From a virus, in the UHGV virus genome UHGV-2195811: a stretch of DNA of 38,895 bases; one strand, written 5' to 3'. The position numbers were made by a program, and so were the translations under genes. Below the pieces are notes generated by a model, which saw only the letters and a program-made list of their open reading frames with translations, was not told the origin of the DNA and did not search any database. Shown here in pieces: positions 23,488 through 30,821 of the stretch. Each line of letters opens with the position of its first letter. Position 1 is the first letter of the stretch.

Positions 23488-25159
23488 TGAACGCTACTGG
23501 GAAAAACGTCGTGAATTAGAAGACAAAGCACGCTTGAAACTGGAAAAGAAAACTCTTAGTGAACTAGAATCTGTTTTCGAACGTGCTTTAGTTAAAATTC
23601 AAAGACAGTTATTGGCACAAGCTGATTTACACGGTATTACTCAAAGTGAGATGCTAGAAGATTTTAGCAAACGAGACCAAGAGAAGTACCGTAAGTATAT
23701 TGAGAAGAACTATGAAAAGTTGATGGAGTCTGACGAAGCTTATAAGCAGTTTATTGATGAATATTTTCCACCTTTTGACTATGCGAAAGTTAATCGCTTG
23801 TTACAATTACGAGCAGACATTTTTTCTACCCTTGCAGGTGAAGCAATAGCTAGTGATGTTAACGGTAAATTTAATAACGACTTAGAGAATATCACAAAAC
23901 GAATCTACAATTCTAATTCTAATGCGTTGATACAATTACTAGGCGGTTCAGCACCTGGTTTAACTAAGAATGAGCTAGAAAACATCATGAACTATCCGTG
24001 GAGCGGAAAAACATTTTCATCTCGTTTATGGGGCAATATATCAACCCTAGAGCAACGTTTGAGCAATTCCATTATTAATTCATTGGCAAGTGGTGAAGGG
24101 GTTGTGGAAGCTCTTAGAACGATGAAAAACGATGGTGTTATTATCGGTATGTTTAAGTTGGAACAAGGAAAGTTTAATCGTTCGATTGAAAATCTTGTTA
24201 GAACGGAATATTCACATTTTGCTGTAGAAGGTGTAAGAAAATCGCTAAAGGATGTAGGTGTTAAGCAAACACAAAGCTGGTCGGCAGAAGATGAGCGTGT
24301 TTGTTCTATTTGTGGTGGACGTCATGGAAAAGAGATTAAAGATGATTGGCATCCACCGTATCATGGACGTTGCCGTTGTACTGAAATACCAATTATTCCT
24401 GAAATTAGCGATGACATAGATAAATTGTACGAGGAAATGTTTGGTGATTTATTGGATGAATTCGCCAACGATCAATTTGGTGTAAAATTGACTCATTCAA
24501 ATAGGAAAAAGTTTGATGAAAAAAGCACAGACTCGATGTATAATAAAGATAGTAAAATCAAAGAGATTGCAAATTTAATCAATGCAGAAATCAAAAAGCC
24601 AATGACTGTAGAAGAAGCTGACAGAACAAATGCTAATCCTAATTATTATAAAGGAAAAGAGTACCAAGTTAATTGTCAGCGCTGTGTACCGACTTATGAA
24701 ATGCGACGTCGTGGAATTGATGCAGAAGCATTGTCTTCTTTAGATCAAAGTATTTGGAGCGATGAATATACTGAAATTATTAGGTATAGAAGAAATAAAG
24801 CAATTAGAGGGCTTAGGACGTTTGTTGATTCAAAAACAAAAGAACCAGTAAGTCACAAATTAGTTGGCGGTAGAACAATGAAGTCCAATTTTTCTAAATT
24901 AGAAAAGATAGTTAAAGAAGGAGAAAGGTATGAGTTGTCTGTAGCATGGAAAAGAGGTGGCGCACACATTGTCAATATGGAAAGACTCAATGGAGTTCTG
25001 ACAATTATTGATGCTCAAAGTGGAGTTATTGCGCCTATTGATGAATACTTTGCTATTCGACATGCGCAGCCGTCTAGCTTAAATTATCTAAGAGTGGATA
25101 ATTTGGAATTTCGCAAAGAACTAGTTAAGTTGATAGCAAAGGCAAAGAAAGGAGAATAG
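23459..25159 (+). CDS. MuF/SPP1 gp7-family head morphogenesis (minor capsid) protein with ~230-aa C-terminal extension
   Basis: CSICGGRHGKEIKDDWHPPYHGRCRCT is the MuF-family zinc-ribbon signature. The protein is ~250 aa longer than the canonical domain. SD GGTGGTG before ATG 23459. Confidence 0.8.
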   Translation: MMTKKKATVSERYWEKRRELEDKARLKLEKKTLSELESVFERALVKIQRQLLAQADLHGITQSEMLEDFSKRDQEKYRKYIEKNYEKLMESDEAYKQFIDEYFPPFDYAKVNRLLQLRADIFSTLAGEAIASDVNGKFNNDLENITKRIYNSNSNALIQLLGGSAPGLTKNELENIMNYPWSGKTFSSRLWGNISTLEQRLSNSIINSLASGEGVVEALRTMKNDGVIIGMFKLEQGKFNRSIENLVRTEYSHFAVEGVRKSLKDVGVKQTQSWSAEDERVCSICGGRHGKEIKDDWHPPYHGRCRCTEIPIIPEISDDIDKLYEEMFGDLLDEFANDQFGVKLTHSNRKKFDEKSTDSMYNKDSKIKEIANLINAEIKKPMTVEEADRTNANPNYYKGKEYQVNCQRCVPTYEMRRRGIDAEALSSLDQSIWSDEYTEIIRYRRNKAIRGLRTFVDSKTKEPVSHKLVGGRTMKSNFSKLEKIVKEGERYELSVAWKRGGAHIVNMERLNGVLTIIDAQSGVIAPIDEYFAIRHAQPSSLNYLRVDNLEFRKELVKLIAKAKKGE

Positions 25160-25163
25160 AACA

Positions 25164-25409
25164 ATGGAAAAAATAAGCAAAATCATTTCAAAAGTGGAAA
25201 TTCCTGAGTTTATAAAAAATAATTTAAAAAAATGGGATATAATCGAAGAAAATGAAAAGTATGTTTATTTAACACCTGTGTTTGGATTAGTAGAGCCATC
25301 CTTTGGTCAACCTTTTTTGCTAGTTATTGACAAAACAATAAAAGATGGCTGTCTAGTGTTTAGGGATACGCCAAAATGGGATGAATTGGAACTTAATGAT
25401 ATTTATTAG
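25164..25409 (+). CDS. hypothetical protein (81 aa), candidate immunity/partner of the MuF C-terminal domain
   Basis: Starts 5 nt after the MuF stop, SD AAAGGAGAA. Confidence 0.5.
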   Translation: MEKISKIISKVEIPEFIKNNLKKWDIIEENEKYVYLTPVFGLVEPSFGQPFLLVIDKTIKDGCLVFRDTPKWDELELNDIY

Positions 25410-25467
25410 CACTTATTGACAAATGTTTGTAAGTGCTATTTTTATGCTTAAATTTGGAGGTGAGGTT

Positions 25468-25788
25468 ATGAAAGGATTATTCGAAGCAGTGTTAAATTTA
25501 GAAGTTACTAACGGTACAGAAAAAGCCTATAAAAAAGCTTTTGAACAAGAAAATGAACGATATTTGACCAAGCATACGTTAAGAGACGGCAACGGTCATA
25601 TCGTTAAAGATGAGCTTGAAGCAGTTTGGAGCGGTAATTATTGCCATGTCGATATTTTGTATTCTATACCAGCTAGAAAAAGTAAATTAACTATTTCGAT
25701 TGTGTCGAGAACTCTGCAAAATGTAAAAGATGCTGTCACTGATTATCAAATGCTTGGTGCTGAACTGGTCCATAAAAATTGGGAGTGA
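25468..25788 (+). CDS. hypothetical protein (106 aa)
   Basis: Strong SD GGAGGTGAGGTT before ATG 25468 (track start 25423 less likely). Confidence 0.5.
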   Translation: MKGLFEAVLNLEVTNGTEKAYKKAFEQENERYLTKHTLRDGNGHIVKDELEAVWSGNYCHVDILYSIPARKSKLTISIVSRTLQNVKDAVTDYQMLGAELVHKNWE

Positions 25789-26028
25789 TTTACTTTGAAT
25801 AAAAAACCTGTTTTAACGATAGCGTTAAAACAAAAATTATACTGTCGGTATAGATTTTTTCAATTGTACTTCTTGAATATGTTTAACTATAAGAAGTTTT
25901 TGGAATTACAAGAATTCATTTTAGAAGAATTAGAAACGGATATAGAAAAATATTTTAAAGTTAAAGTGAAATAAAAAGTCTGACAAATGTTAGGCTTTTT
26001 ATTTTGTCCGAAATGACGTTAAACTAGC

Positions 26029-26108
26029 GCAATGCTGGGCTTAATTGAATGGTGGGGCGCAATAAATAATCTAAAGCAATGCGGGGCGTGTAAACGAATC
26101 GTGGGGCG
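26029..26108 (+). repeat. four phased direct repeats GAAT[GC]nTGGGGCG (GC-rich islands in AT-rich DNA) just upstream of the scaffold gene
   Basis: GCAATGCTGGGC / GAATGGTGGGGCG / GCAATGCGGGGCG / GAATCGTGGGGCG at ~20, ~30 and ~20 bp spacing. Confidence 0.45.
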
Positions 26109-26122
26109 AAAGGAGAAACAAA

Positions 26123-26746
26123 ATGAAACCAAACCTATTACCAATGGATTTACAAATGTTTGCCGAAGAAGACGGTGGTACAAACTTCACTTTCGATGAT
26201 TTTAAGGCATTTGTAGAATCAAATGAAGAAGCACAAAAATTTGTACAATCACAGTCACAATCAGCTGCAGATAAACAATTAGAAGCTTGGAAACAAAATA
26301 ATCTTGAAAAAATCAAGGAAACAACAATCAAGGAGTATGAAGAATCTAAGAAAAATAAAACTCCTGAACAAATTAAATTAGAAGAATTACAGGCTGAATT
26401 TGAAGCTGAAAAGGCATTACGTGTGACTAGTGATAATAAAGCTTTTGTTGCAGAAAAAATTGCTGGCTTAGATTGGGACGGAGATTTGAAAGATTCTATT
26501 TCTCAATTTATGTTAAATAATCTTGTTAGTTCAGATACTGAATTTACTAAGAAGGCTGTAGAAGGTTTTACAGAGCTTTTGGAAGCAATAAATGATAAGC
26601 ATGCAGAAGCTATTAAAAATGTAGAAATGACTAAAGCTTTTGGTAATAAATCGCAACAAACCAACATTGGAACTGGAAATCAAACAAAATCGTTTGAAAA
26701 TCCAGAGGCAGCATTAGGACAAAAATTACAAGCATTTATCGATTAG
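26123..26746 (+). CDS. capsid scaffolding protein
   Basis: 207 aa, acidic, helical. Directly upstream of the major capsid gene. SD AAAGGAG. Confidence 0.7.
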   Translation: MKPNLLPMDLQMFAEEDGGTNFTFDDFKAFVESNEEAQKFVQSQSQSAADKQLEAWKQNNLEKIKETTIKEYEESKKNKTPEQIKLEELQAEFEAEKALRVTSDNKAFVAEKIAGLDWDGDLKDSISQFMLNNLVSSDTEFTKKAVEGFTELLEAINDKHAEAIKNVEMTKAFGNKSQQTNIGTGNQTKSFENPEAALGQKLQAFID

Positions 26747-26759
26747 GAGGAAACTACAA

Positions 26760-27647
26760 ATGAAAAAAAGTTCATTAAATAATCTTGAGTATTTAGATAT
26801 TTCACAGGAAGTTAACGCATTACAAGTTCCAAACACACCATTTTTAAGCTATTTGTTAGGCGCAGGTAAAGTTGAAGCTGCCAAGTCAACTGAGATTAAA
26901 TGGCGAGAATACGGCATGAATAATGATGATTCATCTGCTCAATTAGAAGGCGGAGAATACGCAGATGCGGAATCTGATCGTACATGGTTTAACAACTATA
27001 CTGAAATTTTCAGAAAATCAACTTCTGTATCTGGCACATTAGATGCTATTAATGTAGATGGTGTAGGAAATGAATTGAATAGCCAAGTAGCTCTTCGTGC
27101 TACAGAAATGAAAATTGACTTAAATCGTAAATTGATTGTTGGTGTAAAGGCTGATGAATCTGGTTCTAAAGGTCGTCAGATGAACGGAATTTTAAATTTG
27201 ATTAGCTCAACGAATAAAGTCGAAACAGCAGCTGCGGGGGCAGTAACAAGAAAAGATATTGATGCCTTATTTAAAACAATGTTCCAAAAAGGATACATGG
27301 GCGAAAAATTATGTTTAGTAGCACCTGATATGCAAGAATTAATGACTGATCAGTTGGATGAAAAATCAACAAAAATTGTGCAATTTGGCGATAAACTTAC
27401 TTTTGGATTGCAACTTGGAAATATTGTCTCAAATTACGGTTCAGGAATTGCGTTAATTGAACCTAATTTACCTAATGGAACAATCGCAGCTATTGATACT
27501 AATTATGTAAAATTACGTCCACTACGTGAATGGCGTGCGGAAGAATTAGCAAAAACAACAGATTCAAGACGGATTGGATTAGTTGGTGAGTATTCAATTG
27601 AATACAAAGCTTCTAATTCTGGAGCAATCTTGAATTTGAAAGCCTAA
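26760..27647 (+). CDS. major capsid protein
   Basis: 295 aa after the scaffold. SD GGAGGAAAC. Confidence 0.75.
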   Translation: MKKSSLNNLEYLDISQEVNALQVPNTPFLSYLLGAGKVEAAKSTEIKWREYGMNNDDSSAQLEGGEYADAESDRTWFNNYTEIFRKSTSVSGTLDAINVDGVGNELNSQVALRATEMKIDLNRKLIVGVKADESGSKGRQMNGILNLISSTNKVETAAAGAVTRKDIDALFKTMFQKGYMGEKLCLVAPDMQELMTDQLDEKSTKIVQFGDKLTFGLQLGNIVSNYGSGIALIEPNLPNGTIAAIDTNYVKLRPLREWRAEELAKTTDSRRIGLVGEYSIEYKASNSGAILNLKA

Positions 27648-27675
27648 AATATAATAACGAAGGAGGAAATTAAAA

Positions 27676-27858
27676 ATGGCAACAGCAAAAAAAGAAGTAA
27701 CTTATCGTGTGCTTGACAAGAAAAACTTTGTGGGCTTTATGCATCCTAAAACAAAAAAATTTATCACAGCAAACGAAAATAATGAATTTATAGTTTCAGA
27801 AGACGATAAAGAAGCTATTGAAATATTAGAACGTGCTGCAGATACTTTTAAAGTTTAG
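27676..27858 (+). CDS. hypothetical small protein (60 aa)
   Basis: SD AAGGAGG. Confidence 0.45.
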   Translation: MATAKKEVTYRVLDKKNFVGFMHPKTKKFITANENNEFIVSEDDKEAIEILERAADTFKV

Positions 27859-27871
27859 GTAATGATGCTTT

Positions 27872-28216
27872 ATGGTTGATGAAAAAAAAGAAGAAATCGT
27901 TGAGAAAATTCAATTGATGCTACCTAACGCTTCTGAAGATAGGGTTTTGTCTGTTTTAAACCTTGTTATCTTTGAAATCAATTCTTACAATACTTGTAAA
28001 ATTGATATTGCTTGGGACGAGTTTGAACCACTTATAATTGAGGTTATCTACAAAGCTTTAAAAAACGAAATAGATAAGTCTGTAGCTAGTGTAAAACGTG
28101 GTGATACATCAATTAGTTATGTAGTTGAATCAAAAGACATACAATCACTCATGGAGAGCTATAGCAGTGCTATTAAACGTATTTTAGGCTGTGATAGCGG
28201 GGTGTTTTTCTATTGA
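27872..28216 (+). CDS. head-tail connector protein
   Basis: Size and position (first gene after capsid genes). Confidence 0.5.
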   Translation: MVDEKKEEIVEKIQLMLPNASEDRVLSVLNLVIFEINSYNTCKIDIAWDEFEPLIIEVIYKALKNEIDKSVASVKRGDTSISYVVESKDIQSLMESYSSAIKRILGCDSGVFFY

Positions 28217-28581
28217 ATGAAGCAGGAGTTTTAGCAGCTACTTATTTTGATACCTGTGTTATTGAGCGAATGAGTGATATTGAAAATGTGGAAAGCGGAA
28301 TTACTGAACAAGTTTATTTTCCAATTCATGATGGCAAGTTGCCCTGTGCTTTCTCTCAAGGAAGTATGGGGAACTTACCTGTAATAGAAAACAAAGAAGC
28401 GTTTAATATCTCTTATGAAGAACAAAAACTTTTTTTAGAACCTAATATAAAAGTTAAAAAAGGAGATAGAATAACTATTACTCAAGGTACAGGTCAAAAA
28501 CATGTGTTATTTTCAAAAAAACCTTTTTATTATCCAAGCCATATAGAAGTAGTGCTGTCAGGAAGTGCAATTGATGAGTAA
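28213..28581 (+). CDS. head closure / head-tail adaptor protein
   Basis: Position. ATGA overlap with the upstream gene. Confidence 0.5.
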   Translation: MNEAGVLAATYFDTCVIERMSDIENVESGITEQVYFPIHDGKLPCAFSQGSMGNLPVIENKEAFNISYEEQKLFLEPNIKVKKGDRITITQGTGQKHVLFSKKPFYYPSHIEVVLSGSAIDE

Positions 28582-28972
28582 AAGCGATCTTAGAATGAAA
28601 TCAAATGCTGATAAAGTTATTAAAAATTTAAAGAAAATGACACCCATTGCTGAAAAAGAAGGTACTGCAATGGTGAATGATTCGTTAGCTAAAATTTATC
28701 AGTTAATTGTACCTATGACACCAATTAAATCGGGTGATTTAAGACGAGGCTATCGAATCATTAAAGCTAGAAAGTTGTCTAGTGGTCGTATCGTGGGAGC
28801 ATTGATTAATAATGAAAAATACTTTAGATATGTAAACGATGGCCACCGAACAAAAAATGGCGGATTTGTTAAAGGCAGATTTATGTTGCAAAAATCTAAT
28901 AAATTAGCTAATGCAACATATATTCCGAAACGATTTAAACAAATGGCGATTATCATTGTTAAGAAAGGTTAG
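28565..28972 (+). CDS. HK97 gp10-like neck/tail component
   Basis: 135 aa, basic. Overlapping start. Confidence 0.5.
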   Translation: MQLMSKSDLRMKSNADKVIKNLKKMTPIAEKEGTAMVNDSLAKIYQLIVPMTPIKSGDLRRGYRIIKARKLSSGRIVGALINNEKYFRYVNDGHRTKNGGFVKGRFMLQKSNKLANATYIPKRFKQMAIIIVKKG

Positions 28973-28974
28973 AT

Positions 28975-29349
28975 ATGTACGATAAAATTTTAAAAATGCT
29001 TACTGACACAATAAAACAGTTCTCGAATGCGCCTATCTATCTTGATGATGTAATGCAATCGTCAGAACCGTTTTATTTTGTGTTAAGTCTTGAAGAGAGT
29101 CTGACTGATAATGTAGGTCAAAACGTTCAAAATAAAGCATACAATGTTGATATTGCACTGGTTGATAGTAAGAAAGATAAACAATTAGTAACAAGCCTAA
29201 CAGAAAGCTGTGGGGCTTTTTTTAATGTGTTGAATTTGGACGGAAATGAATTGTTTCCAGAAGATTATCAAACGTTTAAAACAGACGGAATTCAACATAT
29301 CAATTTTAATGTTGCGTTCCCACAATTAATTGAATGGAGTGAAAAATAG
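28975..29349 (+). CDS. tail completion protein
   Basis: Position immediately upstream of the major tail gene. Confidence 0.45.
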   Translation: MYDKILKMLTDTIKQFSNAPIYLDDVMQSSEPFYFVLSLEESLTDNVGQNVQNKAYNVDIALVDSKKDKQLVTSLTESCGAFFNVLNLDGNELFPEDYQTFKTDGIQHINFNVAFPQLIEWSEK

Positions 29350-30198
29350 ATGGCAAAAATGAAAAATGTAAGTGTCATTTCTGTAGAGAAGCCAACGTGG
29401 TTCCCACTAAAAGACGAAACGGGCGCTTTTCCAGTTTACGGAACGCCAATTACAATCGGTACTGCTGTCAGTATCAAACCAGATGTTACAACAGAAACAA
29501 CGCCTGACTATGGCGATAGTGTAGTTCAAGATCAGTATGTTGCATTTGGTGGTGCAGAAGTTACTTTAGAAACAAACGGCTACCAAAATGAAGTTTTAGC
29601 TGAAATTACAGGGGGAAAAAAATTAAAGGGTGGCGTATTGCGGTCTGCGGATGATATTGCATCAGATGGAGCATTTGCTTACCGTCGCCGAAAATCGAAC
29701 GGTAAATATCGCTATACGATCTTCTATAAAGGAAAATTTGCTTTAACATCTGATGAAACATCTACATTAGAAGGAAGTTCAGTATCTTATACTCATCCAG
29801 AATGGACGGGGTCTTTCGTTGATGTTCCAGGGTTGGGTTATATGTATTCCGTGGATGAAGACGATGAAGGTGTCGACTTAGAGATGATTAAAAACTGGTT
29901 TACTGAGGTAATGGATCCACGTAAAGAAAATACTACTGCTGTTACTGGTGTAACTTTAGACCAAACAGAGTTAAATTTAAAAGTTGGCCAAACAGCAACC
30001 TTAACACCGACAATTACACCAGATAACGCCTCAAATAAAAAATATCAGTTCCGTTCAGAAAGTGAGGCTATTGGAACTGTAACACCAATTCAAGGGAAGG
30101 TTACTGCTGTAGGAGAAGGGACAACGGAAATCGTAGTCACAACAGAAGATGGTAACTTTACCGCAAAATGTACATTAAATGTAACAACAGCAGATTAA
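29350..30198 (+). CDS. major tail protein with C-terminal Big_2 (Ig-like) domain
   Basis: C-terminus VTGVTLDQTELNLKVGQTATLTPTITPDNASN...GTVTPIQGKVTAVGEGTTEIVVTTEDG matches the bacterial Ig-like group 2 pattern. Confidence 0.75.
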   Translation: MAKMKNVSVISVEKPTWFPLKDETGAFPVYGTPITIGTAVSIKPDVTTETTPDYGDSVVQDQYVAFGGAEVTLETNGYQNEVLAEITGGKKLKGGVLRSADDIASDGAFAYRRRKSNGKYRYTIFYKGKFALTSDETSTLEGSSVSYTHPEWTGSFVDVPGLGYMYSVDEDDEGVDLEMIKNWFTEVMDPRKENTTAVTGVTLDQTELNLKVGQTATLTPTITPDNASNKKYQFRSESEAIGTVTPIQGKVTAVGEGTTEIVVTTEDGNFTAKCTLNVTTAD

Positions 30199-30250
30199 AA
30201 ATAACAGTTTAGGACGACCTTGTCGTCCTATTTTATATGGAGGAATTAAA

Positions 30251-30601
30251 ATGGCAAGTAAATTTCAACAAAAAATTAAATTAATGATTAAAGATGGAAG
30301 CAAATATACTACAAAACAATTCATGTCGGCAGAATTTTTACCAGGTTCAGTCATGGATACAGGTACGGATTTACAAATCAGGTTAGAAGAAGCAACAAAA
30401 ACAAATGATATGGAAGCAATTCGTCCTATTTTAAGAGAATGCTATGACTTTATTGCTGACGTTATTTTTGAAAAACAGTTTACTGGACAAGAATATATTG
30501 ACGGTATGGATGCTCGTGAATTATTGAAAATTACAGCTCAATTGTTAGGTTCTGTTACTTCTGGTTATGATGCAATTTATTCTGAACAGAAAAAAAAGTA
30601 A
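30251..30601 (+). CDS. tail assembly chaperone (G-like)
   Basis: 116 aa, acidic. Ends at slippery A AAA AAG. Confidence 0.7.
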   Translation: MASKFQQKIKLMIKDGSKYTTKQFMSAEFLPGSVMDTGTDLQIRLEEATKTNDMEAIRPILRECYDFIADVIFEKQFTGQEYIDGMDARELLKITAQLLGSVTSGYDAIYSEQKKK

Positions 30602-30804
30602 CGGAACTTTTATATCATCCTCATTTTAAGTACACGCCACAATATCGAGAAGCAGAACTAAAAAGTTCGCTTCTTGAGAATGGGTGGACTTTAAATGAGA
30701 TCGAAAACACAGATTTAAACGAGCTTTTGAAAATTTATGCATTTAAAGATGCTGTAGACGAATTTGAAAATATCAAATATCTTGATGAAAATACTATGTT
30801 CTAA
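30598..30804 (+). CDS. -1 frameshift extension of tail assembly chaperone (GT-like product)
   Basis: Heptamer A_AAA_AAG at 30590-30598. The -1 frame stays open for 68 codons (GTA ACG GAA CTT ... ENTMF*) to TAA 30802-30804. Confidence 0.55.
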   Translation, partial: VTELLYHPHFKYTPQYREAELKSSLLENGWTLNEIENTDLNELLKIYAFKDAVDEFENIKYLDENTMF

Positions 30805-30821
30805 GAGGGAGGGGGTACTTT

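Noticed and set aside
26123-26746. Prohead protease upstream of the capsid gene
   Set aside because: The 207-aa acidic helical protein has no Ser/His protease motifs. It fits a scaffold protein instead.
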